Shown: positions 1 to 12,818 of the stretch, piece by piece
How positions within the stretch are numbered: the first letter of the stretch is position 1
How the letters are laid out: every line of letters begins with the position of its first letter
Origin: Macrostomum lignano
Taxonomy: Eukaryota
DNA: 64,000 bases
Direction: 5' to 3'
NCBI GenBank assembly: GCA_002269645.1
Contig: NIVC01000556.1
Span: 201,126 to 265,125 of the forward strand
The notes under the pieces: model-generated
What the model was told of the DNA's origin: nothing
The model's database searches: none
The model's input: the letters and a program-made list of their open reading frames with translations, nothing else
Translations under genes and position numbers: made by a program

Positions 1-2340
1 TCAAAACTTCACGAGTTCAAAGATTCAAAAGCTCAAAACTTCACTAGTTCAAAGATTCAAAAGCTCAAACCTCCACGAGTTCGAAGGTTCACAAGCTCAA
101 AACTTCACGAGTTCAAAGATTCACAAGATCAAAACTTCACGAGTTCAAAGATTCACAAGATCAAAACTTCACGAGTTCAAAGATTCACAAGATCAAAACT
201 TCACGAGTTCAAAGATTCACAAGATCAAAACTTCACGAGTTCAAAGATTCACAAGATCAAAACTTCACGAGTTCAAAGATTCACAAGATCAAAACTTCAC
301 GAGTTCGAAGATTTACAAGCTTAAACCTCCACGAGTTCGAAGATTTACAAGCTCAAACCTCCACGAGTTCAAAGATTCACAAGCTCAAAACTTCACGAGT
401 TCAAAGATTTACAAGCTCGAAACTTCACGAGTTCGAAGATTTACAAGCTTAAACCTCCACGAGTTTGAATATTTACAAGCTCAAAACTCCACGAGTTCGA
501 AGATTTACAAGCTCAAACCTCCACGAGTTCAAAGATTCACAAGCTCAAAACTTCACGAGTTCAAAGATTTACAAGCTCAACCCTCCACGAGTTCGAAGAT
601 TCAAAAGCTCAAACCTCCACGAGTTCGAAGGTTCACAAGCTCAAACCTCCACGAGTTCAAAGATTCACAAGATCAAAACTTCACGAGTTCAAAGATTTAC
701 AAGCTCAAACCTCCACGAGTTCGAAGATTTACAAGCTTAAACCTCCACGAGTTCGAAGATTTACAAGCTTAAACCTCCACGAGTTCGAAGATTCTCAAGC
801 TCAAAACTTCACGAGTTCGAAGATTCTCAAGCTCAAAACTTCACGAGTTCAAAGATTCACAAGATCAAAACTTCACGAGTTCAAAGATTCACAAGATCAA
901 AACTTCACGAGTTCAAAGATTCACAAGATCAAAACTTCACGAGTTCAAAGATTCACAAGATCAAAACTTCACGAGTTCAAAGATTCACAAGATCAAAACT
1001 TCACGAGTTCAAAGATTCACAAGATCAAAACTTCACGAGTTCGAAGATTTACAAGCTTAAACCTCCACGAGTTCGAAGATTTACAAGCTCAAACCTCCAC
1101 GAGTTCAAAGATTCACAAGCTCAAAACTTCACGAGTTCAAAGATTTACAAGCTCGAAACTTCACGAGTTCGAAGATTTACAAGCTTAAACCTCCACGAGT
1201 TTGAATATTTACAAGCTCAAAACTCCACGAGTTCGAAGATTTACAAGCTCAAACCTCCACGAGTTCAAAGATTCACAAGCTCAAAACTTCACGAGTTCAA
1301 AGATTTACAAGCTCAACCCTCCTCGAGTTCGAAGATTCAAAAGCTCAAACCTCCACGAGTTCGAAGGTTCACAAGCTCAAACCTCCACGAGTTCAAAGAT
1401 TCACAAGATCAAAACTTCACGAGTTCAAAGATTCACAAGATCAAACCTCCACGAGTTCAAAGATTCACAAGCTCAAACCTCCACGAGTTCAAAGATTCAC
1501 AAGATCAAAACTTCACGAGTTCAAAGATTTACAAGCTCAAACCTCCACGAGTTCGAAGATTTACAAGCTTAAACCTCCACGAGTTCGAAGATTTACAAGC
1601 TTAAACCTCCACGAGTTCGAAGATTCTCAAGCTCAAAACTTCACGAGTTCGAAGATTCTCAAGCTCAAAACTTCACGAGTTCAAAGATTCACAAGCTCGA
1701 AACTTCACGAGTTCGAAGATTCACAAGCTCGAAACTTCACGAGTTCGAAGATTTACAAGCTCAAAACTTCACGAGTTCGAAGATTCACAAGCTCAAACCT
1801 CCACGAGTTCGAAGATTTACAAGCTTAAACCTCCACGAGTTCGAAGATTCTCAAGCTCAAAACTTCACGAGTTCGAAGATTTACAAGCTTAAACCTCCAC
1901 GAGTTCGAAGATTTACAAGCTTAAACCTCCACGAGTTCGAAGATTTACAAGCTTAAACCTCCACGAGTTCGAAGATTTACAAGCTTAAACCTCCACGAGT
2001 TCGAAGATTTACAAGCTTAAACCTCCACGAGTTCGAAGATTTACAAGCTTAAACCTCCACGAGTTCGAAGATTTACAAGCTTAAACCTCCACGAGTTCGA
2101 AGATTTACAAGCTTAAACCTCCACGAGTTCGAAGATTTACAAGCTTAAACCTCCACGAGTTCGAAGATTTACAAGCTCAAACCTCCACGAGTTCGAAGAT
2201 TTACAAGCTTAAACCTCCACGAGTTCGAAGATTTACAAGCTCAAAACTTCACGAGTTCGAAGATTTACAAGCTCAAAACTTCACGAGTTCGAAGATTCAC
2301 AAGCTCAAAACTTCACGAGTTCGAAGATTGACAAGCTCAA
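1..2340. repeat. 32-bp tandem satellite (intronic)
   Basis: Unit TCAAAACTTCACGAGTTCAAAGATTCACAAGA recurs at 129, 161 and onward (period 32), about 73 copies. There are no spacers. A variant block recurs at a 736-bp offset (465 vs 1201). Confidence 0.97.
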
Positions 2341-2412
2341 AACTCGAAACTCGAAGTTTGAAATTATTGAAACTAAACAAAAGCCAATTATATCTGTATT
2401 ATACAGTCTCAC

Positions 2413-5400
2413 CTGCCACTAACAGCCTGCACTGGAGGCGGCGCAGCGGCCGTAGTTGCCACAGGTGCAGCACCGCCCATGTTGCTAGTGTCAACACCCA
2501 ACGCCTGCAGCTCTTTCTGTTCAGTGGGAAATATGAATAAGTCTATTTTAAGCGAGCAATAGAAAAAATTCACATCTGGATGATACACACTGCTTGAAAA
2601 AATTCTCTGAATTACCAAATACCTGAATGTTAGCATCACCTGTACTGTCAGTACGAATTTGCAAATTTACCTTGTGTATTCCGCCTCTAAATATGTGTGC
2701 ATCAAATGAATAAAGGAAAAAATGGGTTCGAGCAATGGAGAGAAAAATCACGGAAATTATTTATTAATACAACACTGGCACCAGAATGGGGCTGCTATTT
2801 AGTTTAATTAAGGACTCTGCTCACTGCTCTCTGCTCAGAAATTTAATTAGGGAAAAGAAAAAATTAGACTGATTAAGTATATAGTACGAAGACTATGGAT
2901 TAGGGAGAGTAGGCGGGACTAGAAAGAGAGACAGGGGAGATTAGGGAAAGTCGGGAGATTAAGGAGAGCGGAGATTAGGGAGTGAGGGGAGATTAGGGAA
3001 AGTAGGGAGATTAAGGAGAGCGGAGATAAGGGAGAGAGGGGAGATTAGGGAGTGAGGGGAGATTAGGGAGAAAGGGGAGTTTAGGGAGAGAGGCGAGATT
3101 AAGGAAAGTAGGGAGATTAGGAAGAATAGGGAGAAAAGTTGAGTGTCCAGATTAGGGGATTAGAGGATTAGATGAGATTAGAAAGATCATCTAAGGGAGA
3201 ATGGGAAGAGTGGAAACAGATAGAGCAAAGTGCTGTAAAAATGAGTGGCATATTACATCATCATAAACTGTATTAAAAGGAAAAAACATATCCGTAAACA
3301 AGAACCCTCTCAGCGTGTACGAACCGGTCTAACATCCACATCTGTAGTACACGCACTAATCTCATTGACATTATTTGTCGCGCTTGTCACGTTAAAAAAT
3401 GGCGACAGCGATAAACGAATTCTCGGACAGCAACGATTTAGTGGGAAGGAAGAATTACTACTATTGCTACTAGTAGTACTATGGTCCGCTAGCGTCTGAT
3501 GCTGCATCTGTGCGGAATGGTTTATACGCTAGTATTAATAGAAGTTGTGGCACTTATACAGAAATATTCATAGAGAAATGTCGTTTGGACTAATTAGTAC
3601 TACGGTAAACAAAACACGATGGTACGTTTAGTTCGAAATTTGAGGCAGAATTTCTCAACTTTATATACAACAGTGTGTACAGTCAGGGCTGTTGTACACC
3701 ATATGTGAGCGTGTGTATGAGTGCACAGATACGCAGAACAACACAGACTTCAACAATGCCATGCCAATAAAGTTTGAAAAAAAACCAGATTCACCAGAAC
3801 TTACCAGAATATCCACCCTCTCTCGATTGAGGGTCTCAACCTGCTCGGACGCCTGCTGCATCTGCTGCTGCACCATGGCGATGTCGCCTAGTTTTGGATT
3901 CTGCTGATAAGTTTGCAGCAGTTTGTGCATCGCGTCCAAGCCTTTGGTTGCTTTCTCAAGTTCTTCGTCTTTCTGTTTGAGCTGCTCCACAAGCCGGCGC
4001 TTCTGCTGGGCCGGGGCCGACTGGAGAGGGGTGATGAGATTGAAATTTTTAGGGAGATGAAAGGATTGCACGGAGAGACGAGGGATTGTAGATAGAAACG
4101 AGGGTGTTATGGGGAGAGACAAAGGGATTGTAGGAAGAGACAAATGGATTGTAGGGAGAGACAAAGGGACTGTAGTTAGAAACAAAGGAACTGTAGGGAG
4201 AGACACAGTATGAAGGACGAGAAGACTGTAGGGAGGACTGTGGGGCCAGACAAATTGATTGTAGGGAGAGACGAACATACATGCGCAACCTCCAAAATTC
4301 GGTCGGCCGTGCGACTTAGTTTTTACAAAAATGCGACGTAGTTTTTGGCCAAAAATGCGAATTACATGTAAAAGAAGCTCTAAAGCAAAAGTAACGCAAA
4401 TTTTACCGTTTACCTTTTGGGTAAACGGCAGGAGTAACTATGGCTTTTTTTTTTAGGCAAAATGCTTCGGCATCTACTTAGTACTTGGGTATTTATTCAG
4501 GTGGGCATTTTTGCGACTTACCTTGGTTGGCCGCCAAATCGGTCGGCCGACTGTTACGCATGTATGGAGACGAAGGGATTGCAGGGAGAGATGAAGGGAT
4601 TGCAGGGAGAGACGAAGTGATTGTAGGGAGAGACAAAGAGATTGTAGGGAGAAACGAAGGGATTGCAGGGAGAGACGAAGGGATTGTAGGGAGAGACGAA
4701 GGGATTGCAGGGAGAGACGAAGGGATTGTACAGAGGGAGACGAAGGGATTGTAGGTAGAAACGAAGGGATTGCAGGGAGAGACGAAGGGATTGTAGGGAG
4801 AGACGAAGGGATTGCAGGGAGAGACGAAGGGATTGTAGAGAGGGAGACGAAGGGATTGTAGGTAGAGACGAAGGGATTACAGGGACTCGGGAGAGACGAA
4901 GGGATTGCAGGGAGAGACGAAGGGATTGTAGGGAGAGACGAAGGGATTGTAGAGAGGGAGACGAAGGGATTGTAGGTGGAGACGAAGGGACTGCAGGGAG
5001 AGACGAAGGGATTGTAGGGAGAGACAGAGATTGTAGGGAGAGACGAAGGGATTGTAGGGAGAGACAAATGGATTGTAGGGAGAAACGAAGGGATTGTAGA
5101 GAGAGAGGGAGAGACGAAGGGATTGTAGGGAGAAAGAGATTGCAGGGAGAGACGAAGGATTGTAGGCAGATCTAAGGCACTGTTGTAAGGCAAGAAAGGA
5201 CACTAAGCTGATAGGTTTACCAGAGTAAATATAATAAACGCCAATTAAACGGACAGACCTTTTTATTAAGCGTGCCGAATTTATTCTTCTTTCCTGGCGC
5301 CGCCGCCTGCTGCTGCTGCTGCTGCTGGCTAATGCTGTCATTAGATCCGAGATCTTCGAATACCACATCGTCTGGCACAGGATTGCCAGAAGCGGTTACT

Positions 5401-5898
5401 CTCATGAATTCGTTAATATCATATTCGGCGTTAACATTGTCGGCTTTCTGGCGAAGAGTTTGACAACATTTTGTTCGAATATTAAGGGCTTGAAGCTCGC
5501 TATCGCCCCATAGCTGAAAGTGCTGCTTGCAGATGGCGGCAACGCGCTTCTCCTGCTCCTCTAGGGTGGCCAGCTGCTCCGGCAGGTGCTCCATGTAGTG
5601 CCGACTTTGGGCTGTGTTATAATCCGATAGCTCCTTGGCGTAGCTCTGCTTGCGCTCTTCGAACATGCTCTGCTTATGCAGGAACACCTGCTGGAAGCGC
5701 TCCTCTTCGTTCTTAGTGATGTCTTTGTTGTCCTGGCGGAGAATTAAGGAGACAGCTCGTGATTGCATGCCGGTTACTGCCGGCTCATAGACAGACAGAC
5801 AGACACCCAGACAGGCAGGCAGACAGACTAAGACAGACAGCCAGATAGACAGACTGACTGACAGACAGACACACAGACAGACAGACGGACACATACAT

Positions 5899-5935
<37 letters not shown>

Positions 5936-6071
5936 TAGACAGACAGATAGACAGGCAGACAGACAGATAGACAGGCAGACAGACAGACAGATAGACAGGC
6001 AGGCAGGCAGACAGGCAGGCAGACAGACAGACAGACAGTCAGGCAGACAGTCAGGCAGACAGACAGTCAGG

Positions 6072-6106
<35 letters not shown>

Positions 6107-9100
6107 AGACACAGACGGGATACTGCAGAAAGGCAGACAGACAAAGGTCAGAAACAACAAAGCTCATATACACGGACCTCAATAACTCGAAACAACTGTA
6201 AAATATTGATACACTGAACAAAAAAAATATTAGAAGAGCACCTTATTAGCAATGTAGTCCTCCCGAGCCTTCTTCATCTCGACAAACGATCTTTGGTACT
6301 GACTCCTGACGCCTTCTAATTGGTTCCGATTGCGCTCCAAGTCTTTCACCAGGCCGGCGACTTTCTTCTCAGTCTGCTGCGACTGGCGTTGCGCTTCTCT
6401 TAGCGCGTCCTTGACCTCTTTGGATGATTTCAATAGTTCATCGCGCAGGGTGTCGTGCTGATTGGCAGACGATACGAGTTCGGCAAGCATCTCGTCGAAC
6501 GAGGTCTGCACGCTGAATCTGTGTCGCATTAATGAATAGAAGATACGATGGAATTTTCCACTACTGGTCAAGCTGAGAATCCAGTCTAAATCAATGGAAT
6601 TTTCCACTACTGGTCAAGCTGAGAATCCAGTTTAAATCAATGGAATTTTCCACTACTGGTCAAGCTGAGAATCCAGTCTAAATCAATGGAATTTTCCACT
6701 ACTGGTCAAGCTGAGAATCCAGTCTAAATCAATGGAATTTTCCACTACTGGTCAAGCTGAGAATCCAGTCTAAATCAATGGAATTTTCCACTACTGGTCA
6801 AGCTGAGAATCCAGTCTAAATCAATGGAATTTTCCACTACTGGTCAAGCTAAGAATCCAGTCTAAATCAATGGAATTTTCCACTACTGGTCAAGCTGAGA
6901 ATCCAGTCTAAATCAATGGAATTTTCCACTACTGGTCAAGCTGAGAATCCAGTCTAAATCAATGGAATTTTCCACTACTGGTCAAGCTGAGAATCCAGTC
7001 TAAATCAATGGAATTTTCCACTACTGGTCAAGCTGAGAATCCAGTCTAAATCAATGGAATTTTCCACTACTGGTCAAGCTAAGAATCCAGTCTAAATCAA
7101 TGGAATGTTCCACTACTGGTCAAGCTGGGAATCAATTATAAAACTAGATAGGAATAAGAAGCATAACAACTTACTTAATCTTTTCCTTTTTGTCATATTC
7201 CTTTGTTCTAAACTCTTTGCAAAGTTTTCTAAAATTAAAAATAGAGAAGCACTGAATTTTTATAAAAACATAACAAAATGGCAATAACATTATTTGTTAA
7301 ATAAAATAGGTACTTACCTTAAATCTTTTGCATATTTTTCTTCAATTTTACCTCTTCTCTCCAGGAAGTCTGAGTACTGCTTTAGAAAATCTTGATTGTA
7401 CTTAGTGAAGTTGTACAATTGTGGGTTGAATGTGTCCTAAAATAGAAATAGCCTTGTTAATCAATAGAACTCTCTAGCATTTATGTGAAAGATTGAAATC
7501 TAGAAAAAAAATAATGTATAAATTTAGGACAAGTAGTATTTTAAGACTTATAGAAATTACACTAAACCATACATACATAAAACTTTATTTTTTAATATAA
7601 ATGTGACTTACCTAAGAAAAAACCTTAAAGCAAAAATTAATGCAATTTTGGATAAACAGCAGGAGTAACTATAGGTGTCTTATAAAGGCTAAATACCTTA
7701 TCAAATGTACTGTCTATATTCCTTTGGGTAGGCACTTTTGCGACTGCAACAAATCAAATTAAACTTCATATTCCAAAAAGACTTGCTTGCTCTTTTCCCT
7801 AGAATGAAGCCCTATATCTTGAAATTTGTACAAGGTATATATTTTAGCAATTCCCCCATGAGCATTAACATCTCAACAACTCTTATTGTGAGCTACAAGA
7901 TTTCAGAAATTTATTTTATGAACCTTGAGCAATAGTTTCAACAATTCTCTCTTTCCTTATAAGCTTCAACATCTTACTTATTCTCCATAAGCACATTTTG
8001 TTTGAATCATAACCCTAAACCTACCAAGAGCTATAGCATTTTAGCAATCCCTTATGAGCATTGAAATCTTAAATTTTTTAAGAACAATTATTTAAATTTG
8101 AATTTAGAACTCTATGTTTGTTTTTTATAAAGACAAAATTAGCAATAATAAAAAGACTTCGAATATGATTTACTAGTTAGATGATAAAGCATTTTTGTAA
8201 CTAAAAGGTATCATAGTTACTTTGCCATTTCCCTTTTAATTTTTGTATACATTTAGAACATACATGCGCAACAGTCGTCCGAGTCAGCCGATCCAGCTGA
8301 CTGATTTGGCAGCCAACCAAGGAAGTCGCAAAAATGCCCACCCAAAAAATACCCACATAGTAGTACTAAGTAGCTGACGAGGCATTTTTGCCTGATAAGA
8401 CAGTCAAGTTACTCCCGCTGTTTACCCAAAGTTGCGTTAATTTTGCAATTTTGCATTTTAGGTTTTTTTACATGTAAGTCGCATTTTTGGTCAAAAACTA
8501 TGTCGCATTTTTGTTAAAACTAAGTTGCACGGCCAACCAAATTTTGGACGTTGCGCATGTATGATTTAGAAACACATTCAGATAATTTTGATTCAGATTT
8601 AAATTTTTTGTACATTTGGATTTGGTTTAGAAGCTTGCAAAAATCTAAATTTGGTACCTGTATAACTTTTGCCAACACATTTTCAGACAGATCTTCCGAC
8701 ACTTTTTATGACACTTAAAATGTCGCAAAAAGTGTCAAAAAAAGTGTTTTAACAGTTGACTTTTGCCGAAACATTTTCAGACAGACCTTCCAACACTTTT
8801 TATGACACTTAAAATGTTGCAAAAAGTGTCGAAACAGTTAACATTTGCTGACACATATTTTCCAACACTTAAATTAATGCTGCAAAGTGTCTGAAAAGTG
8901 TCGTACAGTTAACTTCTGCCGACACATCTTTCAACACTTAAAATGTCACTTTTTAGAGCTAGGTGATATAGATATAGCTCGTACTATTCATGTAAGCTTA
9001 CATGTATCTTTGTTAAGTATGCATTACGCAGCAGCCTGCAGTACATGATAGATTCATTCAAATTAATCTTCAGTCAAATAAATATAGTAGATCAAACCAT

Positions 9101-9658
9101 TAAATGTAAGTTTGTGATTTGAGAAACATTTCCCTGTTTCCCTGTTTAAAAGACCCCTTATGGGAGCAAGATACAAGAACTGTTTCTTCAACTGCTTCAA
9201 ATTTTTGTTACAACACTTTTTTCTAACACTTTTTGCAACATTTTAAATGTCGTAAAACAGTGTCGGAAAATCTGTCTGAAGATGTTTTGGCAAAAGTTAA
9301 CTGTTACAACACTTTTTCCGACACTTTTTGCAACACTTTAAGAGTCCTAAAAAAGTGTAGGAAGATCTGTCTGAAAATGTGTTGGCAAAAGTTATACAGG
9401 TAAATTTTGGTTTATCACTAACCTTAACCATATAATTTTGCATTTTGGTGCCAACAAAAAACTTAGGGCAATACAAAGTTGAAGTGATATCTATTAAATG
9501 CTGATATAGTAGCCTAAAAGAAGATTTATTTTTTTTAAATTAAACTAATAATGTTTCTACTAAGAAAAAGATTTAAAAAATTTATAAAAATAAAGAATCA
9601 TATACTGTATGCCTTTGAAAATACTTACCCAGAGTTTATGATCCCACACAGAAGGCAT
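2413..9658 (-). CDS. FNBP1L: F-BAR + HR1 protein of the FNBP1/CIP4/Toca-1 family (3' part, presumably with the SH3 domain, lies left of the window)
   Basis: Phase-consistent GT-AG exons on minus: 9658-9629 (MPSVWDHKLW), 7436-7318 (DTFNPQLY...ERRGKIEEKYAKDL, F-BAR/FCH ERxxIExxYAKxL motif), 7228-7175, 6518-6242, 5732-5259, 4020-3805 (HR1: QQKRRLVEQLKQ...YQQNPKLGD), 2516-2413. The domain order matches the family. Confidence 0.85.
2890..3190. repeat. Degenerate GA-rich GGGAGATTAGGGA repeat
   Basis: Imperfect repeats of gggagattaggg(a/g) visible directly in an FNBP1L intron. Confidence 0.7.
4030..5170. repeat. 21-bp minisatellite AGGGAGAGACGAAGGGATTGT (intronic)
   Basis: Tandem units visible directly. 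They generate the spurious SLQSLRL/SPYNPFV ORFs. A MITE interrupts the array at 4276-4566. Confidence 0.92.
4276..4566 (+). mobile_element. hAT-type MITE, family 1 (CATACATGCG TIR), copy 1
   Basis: Begins CATACATGCG and ends CGCATGTATG. The 8-bp flank GAGACGAA occurs on both sides (4268-4275, 4567-4574). Internal sequence is homologous to the copies at 8259 and 25482. Confidence 0.85.
5780..6145. repeat. (GACA)n microsatellite (intronic)
   Basis: Visible directly. Source of the spurious LSVC ORFs. Confidence 0.95.
6548..7130. repeat. 46-bp tandem repeat, about 13 copies (intronic)
   Basis: ATGGAATTTTCCACTACTGGTCAAGCTGAGAATCCAGTCTAAATCA starts at 6548 and 6594 (period 46). Copies are near-identical. 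Confidence 0.95.
7567..7745 (+). mobile_element. Degenerate partial copy of MITE family 1
   Basis: Segments such as AAAGCAAAAATTAATGCAATTTTGGATAAACAGCAGGAGTAACTAT and GGGTAGGCACTTTTGCGACT match the interior of the 4276 and 25482 copies. No right TIR found. Confidence 0.55.
8259..8563 (-). mobile_element. hAT-type MITE, family 1, copy 2 (inverted)
   Basis: 14-bp TIR CATACATGCGCAAC/GTTGCGCATGTATG with a perfect 8-bp TSD ATTTAGAA (8251-8258, 8564-8571). Confidence 0.9.
8655..9402. mobile_element. Foldback/MITE with long (~250-bp) internally repetitive inverted arms
   Basis: Left arm TACCTGTATAACTTT...CAACACATTTTCAGACAGATCTTCC is mirrored by the right arm GGAAGATCTGTCTGAAAATGTGTTGGCAAAAGTTATACAGGTA. 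Flanks AAATTTGG/AATTTTGG give a 7/8 TSD, or alternatively a TA TSD. Confidence 0.8.
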
Positions 9659-12070
9659 CTCACTTTTTAAACAATAGGCCTAGCTTAAAGTTAAGATACA
9701 AAATACCACCTAAGTAGGCTTAAAAAATTAGCCTACCACTACTATCTGGGCCTACAACACAAGCAATTTATGGCTCTTTCTAAATTAATCCTACTAGACT
9801 TGAGTTTTTCAGTGTTTGCTAGACCACTTTTTGATTGATAAGCCTAAAATACTAAAACAAGAGTCAATAGGCTATTCCTGTTTATTAGAATAAAGCCAAA
9901 ACGGTTTCCTATTAGACTAGCTTATCTAGAACTGATACCGCCAAAAAGAATAGAATCAGTTGTAGACTTAGGCTTGTCTACAACTTAAAGTACTATAGAA
10001 AAAGTTCTACCACGGCGAACAATTACACAGGTACAAACGCCAAGCTGAACGTCCGTGTTCCTAAACTCAAATAGGTTCTAAATTTTAATTTGAATCTATC
10101 GGCGCGGTGAACACAGTCAGAATTTTTTAGACCTAAATTTAGTATGGAAAAGATAATCACTTATTATACGTTAGCTCTTTATCATAAAAATAAAAAAAAT
10201 TCACACAAACAGTGACTTAATTAATAAGAAACATTTATGATGTAAACGGTCAGTAATAAATTTTCTTTTATTATAATCAAGTAAAGACACATTTAAAGAT
10301 TAGAAAAAAAATTTAAAGTTCCCCTTTTGAATTTATGGTACCGCGAACTTCATGAAATCTTTTAATGTATTCCTCGGTGCCTTTCATTTTTCTGTATATA
10401 TATATATATCCTCTGTTCAAAATCAGTGTGACTGTCGCCTTAAATGACTAAAAGTGAAATCCACCACTAAGTATTTTTCAGAATTTGTCCGTTTGCAACG
10501 TTCCTAAGGAAACGCTTGAATTTTTTAGCAATTTGTAAAAATAAAGACCAACCTCCTTTTATTTGATGAATTTTATTCTAGTTTACATTAAGTATATTTT
10601 TGTGTAACAGGCAGCTCTCAGAACAGCTTACCAAAGGAAAGCAACTACGTACAGATGACGTTTTAAAAAAACTGCGGATTGTAACGGTTTAATCAAATTA
10701 TATTCAATTTAGAGCTAAAAAACTATTTCGTAAGCTGTAACTGTTAAAAGTTTTAAAAATTTACTTATATTTGATATTTTTACTAACACTAGCTTTGTCT
10801 ATTATTGATTTTTGCTTCACCGCTACAATTTGATTTATTCTCTATTTATTACAAAAAATATTCCCGGCCTGACCCCGGATTCTTTCCTTCAAACAGATAA
10901 TTCAAACAAAAAAGAATTCTAGATAAATAAAGGTAAATATCAACATGAAGTACTATTTGAGTTGCCGATGCATTTCGTCCATTTGCATTAGGACATCGTC
11001 AGGGTCTTTTTATTTAAGAAACAATTTGAACGAATATTCAGTATATATCAGAATAGATAGTTGAGAGTAACAAGAGTAGTTGAATTGAGTTTTTAATTGA
11101 TGGTTTAAAACTTGTACATAGTAATCAATTTTTTTGATACAGTATTGGTTGGGTAAAGTGCATATCAGTTTCAAGCCAGTCCGGTCATTGACAAATCAGC
11201 TAAAAAATTCTGAGTTGACGGCTAGCCCCACCCATCGCAAGTTGGTTATTTAACGTGGGCTGTTTGGTCTTAATGTACAGGGCTTCTAATAGGCAGAGCA
11301 TGTGATCTCTATTACAAAATTCAATAGCCTTTATCATTTCGTGTGGTTCAGCCTCACAACAAGAATTGCAGGTTAGCAGGTGAAAAAGAATTCATTTTTT
11401 GGGATGCAATCCTTACTCTAACACTATATTCAGCTTTAACATTTTATAAGCAGAAACTTTTTGTACTAAAGAAAAAACATTGGCATTGCATTGGCACAAA
11501 TACAAACATCTACAAGATTAAACATGCCATGGGCCCCCTCGCCCCTAAAGTTTCTAAAGTTTCATTTAGATATTTCAGGATTAAAATACATAACTTTTAT
11601 AGTCTGGTAGCCCAGGGGTGCACTATAGTATTGGATAGGCCTATGTTGTATGATTGAGCAGGATTTCCATATCCAAAATAGGCCACCCCAATTATATATG
11701 TTGTGTAACTGTATTTTACTACGTGATATTATTAAGAATTATAGGGCCTACTACATTCTACTTATTATATTATTAGACTACTACATACTAGAGTGGATTA
11801 CTACATTATACAATTTGTAATTTAATCATAGGCATCGCCATCATTATGTTTTTAAAAGTGGGAAGCCAAGCAGGTACCTTTAATGCCTATGTCATATGCT
11901 TCCCCTCCCCCCTCCCACTTTAAAAGTGGGGCCTGGGGGGTCCAATCTAATCTGTAGTTTTAGTCTTCACCTCTTGTAAGATATAAGCAGCAAATAATTT
12001 ATTGAATAAAAAAGTATAACAATTTTAGAACTATTTGGAGAATAAAGTGAATAAAAAATAGGATAGGTAC

Positions 12071-12471
12071 TAGAGGTCGGACAGGATTGAAATATTCGGG
12101 CGGGATCGGGATCGGGAATAATTTTTTTCTCGGGATCGGGATCGGGATCGGGATTTCGGGAATCGGGATCAGGTCTTTTAGTGTATTGTCCATGTAAAGT
12201 TAAACAAAATTGAGAAAAGATTGTCAAGATCAAGAAGTAAAACACAACGAATTTGATATGAAGTTTTGTAACCAACAAAGTAAATAATGTAACGAGTACA
12301 AGTTAAAGCAAAATACCTTCAAGTAATCACTAATTCTATAAACTATTTAATCAAAAGACCTGTTCCCGAATCTCGAGTTTTTTAGGGTCGGGATTCTTGT
12401 CCCGCGGGAATTCAATTTTCCTCGGGATCCCGAGATTTCGGGATCGGGATCGGGATCCCGTCCGACCTCTA
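12071..12471. mobile_element. hAT-type MITE, family 2 (TAGAGGTCGGAC TIR)
   Basis: 12-bp TIR, subterminal (CGGGAT)n arrays, and a perfect 8-bp TSD ATAGGTAC (12063-12070, 12472-12479). Confidence 0.9.
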
Positions 12472-12818
12472 ATAGGTACTTTGATGCCCCTTTCCCCTGG
12501 CCTGTTCCAGTGCCTATGACTTCAATGAATACATAATATATTTACATTTCTTATATTTAGTCTCATTTTTATACAAAACTTTTACTCATTACTATCAGTA
12601 TTTAGTCAGCATTGGTATCTATAGGTCTATTTTATAATTTTTTTACTAATTTTATGAAGTTATATTAATGTATTCTAATGAGATCTATAAAATTTCAGAA
12701 GATATGTCTCAATAAGTGATTTATTCAATATTTAATTTATAGAAATAAAAAACAAATATATTCTGTTTGACTGTTTCTTCAGAGTATCTGATTATTAAAC
12801 TAAACTGGTTGTCTATCA

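Noticed and set aside
1-2340. CRISPR-like array (32-bp repeats); likewise the 46-bp and 70-bp arrays
   Set aside because: Units are contiguous with no unique spacers, the context is eukaryotic, and there are no cas genes.
2890-3190. Interstitial telomere
   Set aside because: TTAGGG occurs only as part of a longer degenerate GA-rich unit, not as tandem hexamers.
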